Assembly: GCA_036479435.1 (NCBI GenBank)
Contig: JAZGFI010000140.1
Coordinates: forward strand, 1-15,243
DNA: 15,243 bases
Direction: 5' to 3'
Source: Planctomycetota bacterium
GTDB taxonomy: Bacteria > Planctomycetota > GCA-002687715 > DRQF01
The translations under genes were made by a program, and so were the position numbers. The notes under the pieces were generated by a model that did no database searches, had not been told where the DNA came from, and saw only the letters and a program-made list of their open reading frames with translations. Numbering within the stretch: the stretch's first letter is position 1; each line of letters opens with the position of its first letter. Shown one piece after another: positions 1-8,311 of this stretch.

Positions 1-58
1 ACAAGACTCGCAATTCGAAGGCGCTATTCTCCGCATCAAACCTACGCCCCGCCTCTAA
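1..58 (+). CDS. Possible 3' end of an upstream gene (partial, ...QDSQFEGAILRIKPTPRL*)
   Basis: Frame 2 is open from the window edge to TAA at 56-58 and reads protein-like; too short to identify. Confidence 0.3.
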   Translation, partial: QDSQFEGAILRIKPTPRL

Positions 59-209
59 ACCACCTTTGAGGCTCGTTGGCCTTGCCTGAAGGGATGGCGA
101 GAACCAGCAGATGCGGAATCGCTGCCTGCCCTCCGCCTAAGGCAGCACCTCATCAGAAAACGAGTACGATGCGGCGACGCGTCAACCCGACCCCAGGAGT
201 ATCACTCGC

Positions 210-1085
210 GTGCGTATCGGATCCTATTTCGTCATGCCCCTTCACGAGGGCACTATCGTTTTTGACGGCGGTGTTTCCTTCGGCGCCGTTCCGCGCGCCG
301 CTTGGTCCAAGATCATGCCCCCCGACGCAAATAACTGCGTGTTGTTCGGCGTCACCTTCTTTTTGGTTCAGGGCCACGGCAACAACGTTCTGATCGACAC
401 CGGCATGGGAACGAAACGTTCCAGTCGTCAGGAGCAGGAAGCCGGTTTTGGGCGGGTCAGTACGGCGGACGAGTTGCTGGCCAACGCTGGCGTGTCACGC
501 GAGAGTATCGACATTGTTGTCATGACTCACCTGCACTATGCGAGCGCCGGCAACCTGACTTACATCAATCGCGAGGGTGTGCTGGAGCCCACTTTTCCCA
601 AGGCCCGCGTGGTGATTCAAAAAGACGAATGGGAACAGGGCATCCACACCAACATCCGGACGCGTGGGCTCTACGAAAAAGAAGACTTCGAGCCGCTACT
701 GTGGCACCAGCAAGTTGAGTTGGTGCAAGGCGACACGCAGCTTTTGCCCGGGTTTTGGTGCCGTGTGACGGGCGGCCACACCAAGGCCCATCAAATTGCA
801 GTGATCGAATCGGGCGGTGAAGGCGCGGTTTTTTGGGGCGACCTTATTCCGAGTACTCATCACCTCCACCTTAATGCTATTTCGGCGCACGACTTGATGC
901 CTCTCGACAGCATGGAGAAAAAGGCCGAGTGGTTGACTCGCGCTATCGATCGTAGTTGGGTCAATTTCTTCTTCCGAGATTCAGCGGTCGCGGCGGCACA
1001 AATCTCAGGCGATGGCATGAGGCTCAGTTCGCTCGAATGTGAGATTTTATTGAGCCACGATGGCAGCGAAGAGCCAGCTGAGTAG
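210..1085 (+). CDS. MBL-fold metallo-hydrolase, YtnP-like, with degenerate second metal site (291 aa)
   Basis: GTG start with AGGAG about 10 nt upstream; YtnP-like N-terminal motif DGGVSFGAVPRAAWSK; LIDTG, THLHYAS (canonical THLHFDH), GGHT and GDLIP motifs. Confidence 0.85.
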   Translation: MRIGSYFVMPLHEGTIVFDGGVSFGAVPRAAWSKIMPPDANNCVLFGVTFFLVQGHGNNVLIDTGMGTKRSSRQEQEAGFGRVSTADELLANAGVSRESIDIVVMTHLHYASAGNLTYINREGVLEPTFPKARVVIQKDEWEQGIHTNIRTRGLYEKEDFEPLLWHQQVELVQGDTQLLPGFWCRVTGGHTKAHQIAVIESGGEGAVFWGDLIPSTHHLHLNAISAHDLMPLDSMEKKAEWLTRAIDRSWVNFFFRDSAVAAAQISGDGMRLSSLECEILLSHDGSEEPAE

Positions 1086-1114
1086 CGGCGCGGTCTTGCC
1101 TAGGCTCGGTCAAC

Positions 1115-1813
1115 TCAGGTTTCGTCTGCGATGAGTAAGTCCTGGAAGCAAAATCCATCACGCTCGATGCATTCGCCGAGTTGAAAAGGCACCGGCCTCA
1201 AAAAAGACGGGCCGTCGCTGCAAAAGGTGTGAAACTCACCGTTTTCGCCGCAAGGATCGATGGTATCGGGGAGGTCGCTTAGAAACTCGGCGTCGAAACG
1301 TCGGCCGAGAAAATCCGGCGATAGTTGTTTGGGATCGACGCAGGTGACGGTGGCTTTGAGCCCCGCCGCAATCATCTGTCGGGCAAGGACGCGAGTGCCT
1401 CCGTCTGGTTGCCACAGCGGGAAAATGGGTCTCAAGTCAGAGGCGGCGAGTTGCTTTTCGCGATAAGACCGGATGTCTTCGAGGTAGAGATCACCGAAGG
1501 CGATGTGCGTGATGCCTCGATCTTCGGCCTTTATCGTCACATCTTTCATGATGGCTTCGTAGTCAACGTTTGAACACGGCCAGGGCAAATCAACTTGCCA
1601 CAAGGGCAGCTCCAAAGCAGCGGCTTGCGCGATGGCGAGTTGCCGTCGCACCGCATGCATGGCGACGCGATCGGCGGCTTTGTTGAAGGTCGTCATGAGG
1701 CCGACCACTTCGTAGTCAGGATCGGCCTGAAGTCGGTGTAGCGTCCAGCTGCTGTCTTTGCCTGAACTCCAAGACAAAAGAACGGGCTTGGTCTCGCGGA
1801 TTGCTTCAGACAT
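1115..1813 (-). CDS. PP-loop adenine nucleotide alpha-hydrolase, DUF71/COG2102 (Dph6-like) ATP-binding protein (232 aa)
   Basis: SWSSGKDS PP-loop, FGDLYLEDIRSYRE and DPCGENGEFHTF motifs. Start reassigned to ATG 1813, which overlaps the rnz stop (ATGTCTGA); the ORF-track extension to 2047 lies inside rnz. Confidence 0.88.
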   Translation of the reverse strand: MSEAIRETKPVLLSWSSGKDSSWTLHRLQADPDYEVVGLMTTFNKAADRVAMHAVRRQLAIAQAAALELPLWQVDLPWPCSNVDYEAIMKDVTIKAEDRGITHIAFGDLYLEDIRSYREKQLAASDLRPIFPLWQPDGGTRVLARQMIAAGLKATVTCVDPKQLSPDFLGRRFDAEFLSDLPDTIDPCGENGEFHTFCSDGPSFLRPVPFQLGECIERDGFCFQDLLIADET

Positions 1814-2723
1814 CCAAGCACATGAGATCTTTGGCCATGATGATGTCGGGGAAGAGCTCGCGGCCCTCTTCTTCGAGCTTGGCGATACCGTGCCGGTCGT
1901 AGCGCGTGGAAAAATGAGTTGCGACGAACTTCTTGGCTCCCGCCGCGCGCGCGACTGCGGCGGCCTGGCGTATCGTGGCGTGGCGCCGCTCGCGGGCAAG
2001 CTCTGTGAGTTCGTCGCCGTAAGTCGCCTCATGCAGTAATAGATCACAACCTTCGGCTAAGCGCTTGGCGTTGATGCAAAAACCAGTGTCCGTGCAATAA
2101 ACGAAGGACTTGCCGGGGCGTGAAGGACCGACAACCGCGGAGGCTTCGATGCGAGTGCCATCGGCTAAGGTGAGAGCCTCTCCGCGAATAAGCTGGCCGC
2201 GCTCGGGGCCGAAAGGGATGCCCAGCGCCTCCGCCTTTTCTTCGTCAAAGACCCCCGGCCGGGGCTTTTCTTCGAAGCGGTAGCCTTGGGTGGGAACGCG
2301 GTGGAAAAGTGGCAGCGTCCGTACGCGGTATTCTTTGTGATCGAGAATCTCGCCTTCGAATCCGGGCGGAATTTCGTGGACCTCGATTTCGTAACTGAGG
2401 CGCATCTTGCGCGGGAAACTCAGGAAAAAGTCGACGAGGCGTTTCACGCCTTCGGGGCCGTAGATATCGAGTTTGGCTTCGCGGTTGTTGAGCCCGAGAG
2501 AGGACAAAAAACCTGGTAGGCCGTAGCAGTGGTCGCCGTGCAGATGGGTAATGAAGATCGCCGCAAGCCGGCCGCGACGAAGCCCCGCCCGCATGATCTG
2601 AAACTGGGTGCCCTCGCCGCAGTCGAACAAAAAGGACTGAGCGCCGCGATCGAGGAACGTTGCGGAGAGGCCGCGCTTGAAGGTCGGGATGGCCGAACTC
2701 GTGCCGAGAATAGTGACTTGCAA
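1806..2723 (-). CDS. rnz: Ribonuclease Z (305 aa)
   Basis: LGTSSAIPT..R, FDCGEGTQ, intact THLHGDH, GP-rich exosite (GIPFGP), TDT, HEATY, THFSTRY. TTG start at 2723 with GGAGA 7 nt upstream preferred over 2771. Confidence 0.95.
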   Translation of the reverse strand: MQVTILGTSSAIPTFKRGLSATFLDRGAQSFLFDCGEGTQFQIMRAGLRRGRLAAIFITHLHGDHCYGLPGFLSSLGLNNREAKLDIYGPEGVKRLVDFFLSFPRKMRLSYEIEVHEIPPGFEGEILDHKEYRVRTLPLFHRVPTQGYRFEEKPRPGVFDEEKAEALGIPFGPERGQLIRGEALTLADGTRIEASAVVGPSRPGKSFVYCTDTGFCINAKRLAEGCDLLLHEATYGDELTELARERRHATIRQAAAVARAAGAKKFVATHFSTRYDRHGIAKLEEEGRELFPDIIMAKDLMCLDV

Positions 2724-2870
2724 GGCGGAATCTCCGAGATGATAGGGACCGTCATAACACCTGAAAGACACTAGCCTGAGCGCTCGATCACTTTTGTCGC
2801 AGGCGTGGCGTTGTTAGCATCCCGCTATCCCAATTTGGTCCCCAAGTTCTTTTGCTGAAGGAAGATACGC

Positions 2871-4049
2871 ATGGCAACTGCGGTCGTCACGCACGCTTTT
2901 CGCACCCCGATCGGAAAGTTCCTCGGTGCCTTCAGTGAGCTTTCGGGAGTCGAGCTCGGCGTGCAAGTCACCCGTGGGCTCATAGAACGATCGGGCCTCG
3001 ATCCAAAGCTAGTCGAGCAGTGCATCTTTGGCAATGGCCGCCAGGCGGGAGCGGGTCCCAATCCTGCGCGTCAGATTGCGATCAAGAGCGGGCTTTCGAA
3101 CACCACCGTCGCTTACACCATGAACATGGCCTGTGCATCCGGCCTCAAAAGTTTGGTCCTTGCCGCCCGTGAAATCGAAAGCGGTGATGCAGAGGTCATC
3201 ATCGCCGGTGGCACCGAAAGCATGACCGGATTGCCTTATTTGTTGCCGCGCGCGCGCACCGGTTATCGCCTCGGTTCTGCGCCTTTGGTCGACGCCATGT
3301 ATCAAGATGGATTCATGTGTCCTTTGGCAGACCAGCTCATGGGTGCCACGGCGGAGAACCTCGCTGAAAAGTATGAGATTGGGCGCGATGTGCAGGATGC
3401 TTACGCGGTCGAATCACAGCACCGGGCGGGTGCGGCGATCAGCGGCGGCGCCTTTGACGCGGAGATCATCCCCGTCGTTTTGAAGTCCCGCAAAGGTAAA
3501 GTTGTCGTCAGCAAAGACGAACACGTTCGTCCCGACGCGAGCGTTGAGAGCTTGAAGAAACTGAAGCCCGTCTTCAAAGAGGGCGGCGGAGTTCATGCGG
3601 GGAACTCGTCGGGGATTACCGATGGTGCCGCGGCCTTGCTGGTGATGTCGCAGGAAAAAGCTCAAGAGCTCGGTTTCGAAGTCCTCGCCCGCATCGAAGG
3701 CGCGGCGGCGGCAGGAGTCGATCCGTCCTTCATGGGTATTGGGCCCGTGCCCGCGACCGAGAAACTAAATCGTAAGCTCGGTCTTGAGATGGCGGACTAC
3801 GATCTCATCGAACTCAACGAGGCCTTCGCCGTGCAGGCTTTGTCTTGCATGAAGGAGTGGGGCCTTGATCACGAACGAATCAACGTCAACGGCGGTGCCA
3901 TCGCTCTCGGTCATCCCATCGGAGCGACCGGGGCTCGCATCGTTGTAACCTTGCTCCACGCGATGAAAGCACGGGGCAAGAAACGAGGATTAGCCACACT
4001 GTGTGTCAGCGGCGGAATGGGACAGTCGGTGTCCTTTGTCCGCGACTGA
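2871..4049 (+). CDS. Acetyl-CoA C-acyltransferase (thiolase) 1 (392 aa)
   Basis: RTPIGKF, catalytic NMACASG, GNSSGITDGAAA, NEAF, GHPIGATG, LCVSGG; AAGGA SD upstream. Confidence 0.95.
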   Translation: MATAVVTHAFRTPIGKFLGAFSELSGVELGVQVTRGLIERSGLDPKLVEQCIFGNGRQAGAGPNPARQIAIKSGLSNTTVAYTMNMACASGLKSLVLAAREIESGDAEVIIAGGTESMTGLPYLLPRARTGYRLGSAPLVDAMYQDGFMCPLADQLMGATAENLAEKYEIGRDVQDAYAVESQHRAGAAISGGAFDAEIIPVVLKSRKGKVVVSKDEHVRPDASVESLKKLKPVFKEGGGVHAGNSSGITDGAAALLVMSQEKAQELGFEVLARIEGAAAAGVDPSFMGIGPVPATEKLNRKLGLEMADYDLIELNEAFAVQALSCMKEWGLDHERINVNGGAIALGHPIGATGARIVVTLLHAMKARGKKRGLATLCVSGGMGQSVSFVRD

Positions 4050-4070
4050 TCGAAAGGAAAACCCATTACT

Positions 4071-4532
4071 ATGTCCGCGACCAAAGCCACGATCGTCACC
4101 AACCACGGCACTATCGAAGTGGAACTGTGGGCCGACAAGGCCCCGAATCATGTCGAGAACTTCAAGAAGCTCGCGGAGGCCGGCTTCTATGACAACTTGA
4201 TTTTCCACCGTGTCATCCCCGACTTCATGGTGCAAACCGGTTGCCCGAGTGGCACCGGCACCGGCGGACCGGGCTGGAACGTCGATGCGGAGTTCAACGA
4301 TGCATCATTTGAAAAAGGCACCTTGGGCATGGCTCGCTCTCAAGCTGAAAACAGTGCCGGCTCGCAGTTTTTCATCTGCACCGCGAGCACTCCTCACTTG
4401 AATGGCCAGTACACCGCCTTTGGCAAGGTCACGACTGGCCAAGACGTCGCGGATGCCATCTCTGCCGTGTCGCGCGACGGAGGAGATCGCCCGCACGATG
4501 AAGTCACCATGGAAAAGGTGACGGTCGAGTAG
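4071..4532 (+). CDS. Cyclophilin-type peptidyl-prolyl cis-trans isomerase (153 aa)
   Basis: FHRVIPDFMVQTG, GMARS, SAGSQFFI, HLNGQYTAFG; no signal peptide. Confidence 0.95.
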   Translation: MSATKATIVTNHGTIEVELWADKAPNHVENFKKLAEAGFYDNLIFHRVIPDFMVQTGCPSGTGTGGPGWNVDAEFNDASFEKGTLGMARSQAENSAGSQFFICTASTPHLNGQYTAFGKVTTGQDVADAISAVSRDGGDRPHDEVTMEKVTVE

Positions 4533-4545
4533 GGCGGGATTCAAA

Positions 4546-5358
4546 ATGACCGAGAATTCGACCTATCCAAATTGTGAAAATCTGACCGTCGAGAGGCGCG
4601 ATCGCGTTCTCTTGGTCGAGATTGCACGACCGAAAGTTCTGAATGCACTGTCGCGCGAGACTCTGATCGAGATCGGCGCCGTCTTCAGCGCCTTTGCCTC
4701 CGATAAGAGCGTCGGAGCCGCTGTCTTGACTGGCGGTGAAACCGGCAAGAAGCCCGCTTTCGCGGCCGGAGCCGACATCGCTCAGATGTCCGAAATGAGC
4801 GGCAGCGAGTTGCGTGCCTATTCCCGTTTGGGGCAGGAGGCTTTTGGGCGGATCGAGTCTGCGCCGAAACCCGTGATCGCCGCTATCGACGGCTTCGCCT
4901 TGGGCGGAGGCCTTGAACTCGCCATGGCTTGCGACATGCGCTTTGCTAGCGAGTCTGCAATCTTGGGGCAACCCGAAGTCAATCTCGGCATCATCCCCGG
5001 CTTTGCGGGTACTCAGCGCTTGCCGCGATTAGTGGGCAAGGCTCGCGCGATCGAGATGCTCTTGAGCGGTGAAAATATCGACGCGGCTCGAGCTTTGGAT
5101 ATCGGCCTTGTGGATCGCGTTTTCGCGGCGGACGAGCTGATCGAAAAGACGCTCGCCATGGCGGCCAAGTTTGCCGACAAGGCTCCCATTGCCGTCGAGC
5201 TCATTCTCGATGCCGTACACCGTGGATTCGATGGGCCGCTGGCCGAAGCTCAAGGCATGGAATCCGACCTCTTTGGCGTTGTCGGCGCGACCGACGACGT
5301 GAAGGAAGGCTTGAAGGCCTTTCTCGAACGACGCAAGCCCGAATTCAAAGGGCGTTGA
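4546..5358 (+). CDS. Enoyl-CoA hydratase/crotonase family protein (270 aa)
   Basis: AFAAGADI, GFALGGGLELAMACD and GQPEVNLGIIPGFAGTQRL; both catalytic Glu residues present. Confidence 0.93.
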   Translation: MTENSTYPNCENLTVERRDRVLLVEIARPKVLNALSRETLIEIGAVFSAFASDKSVGAAVLTGGETGKKPAFAAGADIAQMSEMSGSELRAYSRLGQEAFGRIESAPKPVIAAIDGFALGGGLELAMACDMRFASESAILGQPEVNLGIIPGFAGTQRLPRLVGKARAIEMLLSGENIDAARALDIGLVDRVFAADELIEKTLAMAAKFADKAPIAVELILDAVHRGFDGPLAEAQGMESDLFGVVGATDDVKEGLKAFLERRKPEFKGR

Positions 5359-5372
5359 AAGGGAATAAACTC

Positions 5373-6584
5373 ATGAACGACAAGAACGACGTCGTCATCG
5401 TTGGCGGCAAGCGCACGCCGATGGCGGAGTACTGTGGAACTCCCGGTTTCGGCAAATTGAAGGACTTTTCGGCGAATGATCTCGGCGGCTTCGCGATCGA
5501 AGCGGCCCTAAAAGATGCCGGCGTAAAACCGGAGGTCATCGATCACGTCGTGATGGGCAATGCGATGCAGACCTCGGCGGATGCTCACTACGGTGCCCGC
5601 CATTCCGCGTTGAAGGCGGGTATTCCCATTGAAACTCCCGCGCTCACCGTCAACCGCATCTGCGGTAGTGGCGTCCAGTCGGTGGTGAACGCCGCTCAGA
5701 TGCTCAAGCTGGGCGAGGCGACGGTGACCGTCGCCGGGGGCATGGAGAGCATGTCTCAGGCTCCTTTTTGCGTCTACGGTCAGCACGTTCGCCAGGGAAT
5801 TAGATTCGGAACCCAGCCCACCATGGTGGACTACCTTTTTTCCGGTCTGCAAGATTCGCTGTGTGAGACCTTCATGGCGCAAACCGCCGACAAGGCCGCC
5901 ACCCAGTCGGGCATCTCGCGCGAAGAGTGTGATGCTTTTGCACTCCGCTCGCATCAACTCGGTGCCAAGGCGGTCGAGGCGGGCATTTTTAGTAACGAGA
6001 TTGAGCCCATTCGCATCCAGTCGCGACGCGGCGAGAAAGTCGTGGACTCCGACGATCACATCAAACCGGATACGACCCTCGAAGGACTTGCCAAGCTGCG
6101 TCCGGCTTTCGGCAAGGAAGGGTTTGTGACCGCAGGAAACGCCTCGGGAATCGTCGATGGAGCGGCGGCGCTCATCGTGACGACTCGCGAAAAGGCCGAC
6201 GCCATGGGGCTCGAAGTACAGGCCACCATCAGGGGTTGGAACATCGTGGGAGTCGATCCCACGCTAATGTCGATCGGACCCGTCCCGGCCATCAAGGGGC
6301 TTTGGGAAAAGACCGGGATCGGCCGCGACGATGTCGACCTCTACGAGATCAACGAGGCCTTTGCGCCGCAATACCTCGCCTGCGAAAAGGAACTTGGTCT
6401 CGATCGTGAGCGTTGCAACGTCAACGGCGGCGCGATTGCGCTGGGCCACCCTTTGGGCGCGACCGGGACGCGGCTGCTCCTAACCCTCATGCACGAGCTC
6501 GCCAGAAGAAAAGGCCGCTACGGAGTGGCCTCCGCCTGCATTGGTGGCGGTCAGGGCATCGCGATGTTGATCGATCGATCATGA
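5373..6584 (+). CDS. Acetyl-CoA C-acyltransferase (thiolase) 2 (403 aa)
   Basis: NRICGSG, GNASGIVDGAAA, NEAF, GHPLGATG, ACIGGGQG. ATG 5373 after a purine-rich AAAGGGA preferred over TTG 5355. Confidence 0.95.
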   Translation: MNDKNDVVIVGGKRTPMAEYCGTPGFGKLKDFSANDLGGFAIEAALKDAGVKPEVIDHVVMGNAMQTSADAHYGARHSALKAGIPIETPALTVNRICGSGVQSVVNAAQMLKLGEATVTVAGGMESMSQAPFCVYGQHVRQGIRFGTQPTMVDYLFSGLQDSLCETFMAQTADKAATQSGISREECDAFALRSHQLGAKAVEAGIFSNEIEPIRIQSRRGEKVVDSDDHIKPDTTLEGLAKLRPAFGKEGFVTAGNASGIVDGAAALIVTTREKADAMGLEVQATIRGWNIVGVDPTLMSIGPVPAIKGLWEKTGIGRDDVDLYEINEAFAPQYLACEKELGLDRERCNVNGGAIALGHPLGATGTRLLLTLMHELARRKGRYGVASACIGGGQGIAMLIDRS

Positions 6585-6625
6585 ATCGCGACCCGGAACG
6601 CGCACCTTAGAACCACAGCCAAAAC

Positions 6626-6657
6626 AACGGCCCGCCCACGAAGGGCGGGCCCCGTTT
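6626..6657 (+). terminator. GC-rich hairpin between thiolase 2 and leuB (partial terminator or mRNA stabiliser)
   Basis: ggcccgccc (6629-6637) / gggcgggcc (6643-6651), 5-nt loop, flanked by aac/gtt; only a short T run follows. Confidence 0.45.
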
Positions 6658-6669
6658 CAAGAGAGAATC

Positions 6670-7725
6670 ATGACCTACAAGATTGGCGTTATCGCCGGTG
6701 ATGGCATCGGACCGGAAGTTGTTGACGAAGGACTCAAAGTCCTGCGCGCATGCGCGGAAAAAGAGGGCTTCAACTTCGAGACGGTTAGCTACCCCTTCGG
6801 CGCCGAGCATTACCTAAAGACCGGTGAGACGATGCCGGAATCCGTTTACGACGAGTTTCGCCAGCTGGACGCCTTGCTCTTGGGCGCTATCGGTGACCCG
6901 CGTATCGAAGTCGGTTTGCTCGAACGAGCGATCATTGCTGGTGTGCGGTTTACTTTGGATCTCTACGTCAACCTTAGGCCCATCAAGTGCCCGGCCGATC
7001 ACATCTCACCTTTGAAGGACAAAGGTGCAGCTGACATCGACATGGTGATCGTGCGCGAGAACACCGAAGGCGCCTACGCCCAGGTTGGTGGCATCTTCAA
7101 AAAGGGCACGCCAGACGAGGTCGCCATCGCCGAGATGATCTACACCCGCCGCGGGGTTGAGCGCGTCATTCGCTATGCCTTCGGCGTCGCCATGTCGCGC
7201 AAAAGAAAGCACCTGACGCTTTGCGATAAGGCCAATGCCATTCGCCCGCAGGACATCTGGACGCGGACTTTTGCCGAGGTTGCAAAGGAGTTTCCCGAGG
7301 TTTCAACGGACCACGCCTATATTGACGCCGCTTGCATGTGGATGATCAAAAACCCGGAAGTCTTCGACACCATGGTGACGACGAATCTCTTCGGCGACAT
7401 CATCACGGATCTCGGTTCCGCCCTCCAGGGTGGTATGGGCGTCGCGGCCTCCGGCAACATTCATCCGGGGCAGGTCTCGATGTTTGAACCCATCCATGGC
7501 TCGGCGCCCAAGTACCAGGGGCAAAACAAAGCCAATCCCATCGCGACGGTGGCGGCGGTGGCCATGCTTTTGAATCACTTGGGTGAAACCAAAGCCGCTA
7601 CACGTATCGACACTGCGGTGGAGAACTTGATCGTCTCCCGTCGAATCCCGGATTTGTCGTCGCGAGGCGGACTCAAGACCGACGAAACCGGCGACATGAT
7701 TGCCGAAGAGCTCGGTCGCCTTTGA
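6670..7725 (+). CDS. leuB: 3-isopropylmalate dehydrogenase-like beta-decarboxylating dehydrogenase (351 aa)
   Basis: GDGIGPEV, LLGAIGDP, LERAIIAGVRFTLDLYVNLRP (resembles the LERGLLL.LRF.LD LeuB type), RENTEGAY, DKAN, FGDIITD, FEPIHGSAPKY. Family is certain, exact substrate less so. Confidence 0.75.
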   Translation: MTYKIGVIAGDGIGPEVVDEGLKVLRACAEKEGFNFETVSYPFGAEHYLKTGETMPESVYDEFRQLDALLLGAIGDPRIEVGLLERAIIAGVRFTLDLYVNLRPIKCPADHISPLKDKGAADIDMVIVRENTEGAYAQVGGIFKKGTPDEVAIAEMIYTRRGVERVIRYAFGVAMSRKRKHLTLCDKANAIRPQDIWTRTFAEVAKEFPEVSTDHAYIDAACMWMIKNPEVFDTMVTTNLFGDIITDLGSALQGGMGVAASGNIHPGQVSMFEPIHGSAPKYQGQNKANPIATVAAVAMLLNHLGETKAATRIDTAVENLIVSRRIPDLSSRGGLKTDETGDMIAEELGRL

Positions 7726-7726
7726 C

Positions 7727-7802
7727 AAAGCCTGCGCTGAAACTCGCACTGGTTTCTTAAGTGCCATTGGCTCAAAGGCTTAGGATTCAGCGCGGCTTTT
7801 TT
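7727..7802 (+). terminator. Terminator-like stem with large internal loop after leuB
   Basis: aaagcc-t-gcgctgaa (7727-7741) pairs with ttcagcgcggcttt (7786-7799); the T run continues to 7802. Confidence 0.5.
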
Positions 7803-7822
7803 CTGAACCCGACGTTTTTGCT

Positions 7823-7852
7823 TTGACGGGGGCCACGGACTTCTGGTATCCT
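7823..7852 (+). promoter_or_regulatory. Putative sigma70-type promoter
   Basis: TTGACG (7823-7828), 18-nt spacer, TATCCT (7847-7852) preceded by TGn (extended -10). Confidence 0.6.
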
Positions 7853-8067
7853 CTGGCCTCACGCTTTGAACGTAAACCTACGTCCAAGCGGGATTTAGAG
7901 CATTTAGCAGATTATCACCAACATTGCCGTCATTGCTTTTGTTTGTGGTCTCCTTCGGGTGGCCACGTTCGGCTCTTGAGGGCAGTTTCGGCATTTCCAT
8001 GACGTTGACGAGGGCTGCCCCTACTGGAATCGGGGCAGTTTCAATTGTAGGTCCGAAGGAGAGGGGA

Positions 8068-8250
8068 ATGGAAACCAGGTTCGAGTGTTTCTTCGAAGGC
8101 AAAAAGATCTTCCAAGTCGTGCAAGAGGCGACACCCTTGTTCACGGGAACGTGGGCACAGTGTGAGCGCTTTAAGGACGTCTATAACGCGAAGGTCATGA
8201 AAAGCCGTTTTCGGAGCCGCAAGTCCAGTCGAGTTCGCTCGACGGCTTAG
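8068..8250 (+). CDS. Small basic hypothetical protein (60 aa, METRFECFFEGKK...RSRKSSRVRSTA)
   Basis: Strong SD (GAAGGAGAGGGGA) directly before ATG 8068; promoter upstream and long hairpin downstream; no recognised family. Confidence 0.7.
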   Translation: METRFECFFEGKKIFQVVQEATPLFTGTWAQCERFKDVYNAKVMKSRFRSRKSSRVRSTA

Positions 8251-8311
8251 TGACTTAGTCGGCTTCGCGGAGAAATCTCAGCCCGTCGCTTTCGAGCGAT
8301 TGAGGAAGAGC

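Noticed and set aside
121..146. gctgcct/aggcagc hairpin upstream of the MBL gene as a riboswitch
   Set aside because: Only 7 bp in GC-rich DNA and no recognisable aptamer consensus.
76..393. 105-aa ORF overlapping the MBL gene start
   Set aside because: Out-of-frame overlap with a well-supported gene; Pro/Ser/Cys-rich with no motif.
1814..2047. 78-aa N-terminal extension of the PP-loop ATPase
   Set aside because: Lies within rnz in another frame; the domain begins just after ATG 1813.
2794..2820. TTGTCG-N15-TAGCAT as promoter for the thiolase operon
   Set aside because: Short spacer and weak match; not distinguishable from chance.
8013..8030. gctgcccc as part of a cobalamin riboswitch
   Set aside because: The GCAACTGT continuation and the upstream GGGAA/GGTG elements are absent.
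7924..8067. TTG-started 48-aa extension of the small ORF
   Set aside because: No SD at 7924, a strong SD at 8056-8066, and the region is better explained as a structured leader.
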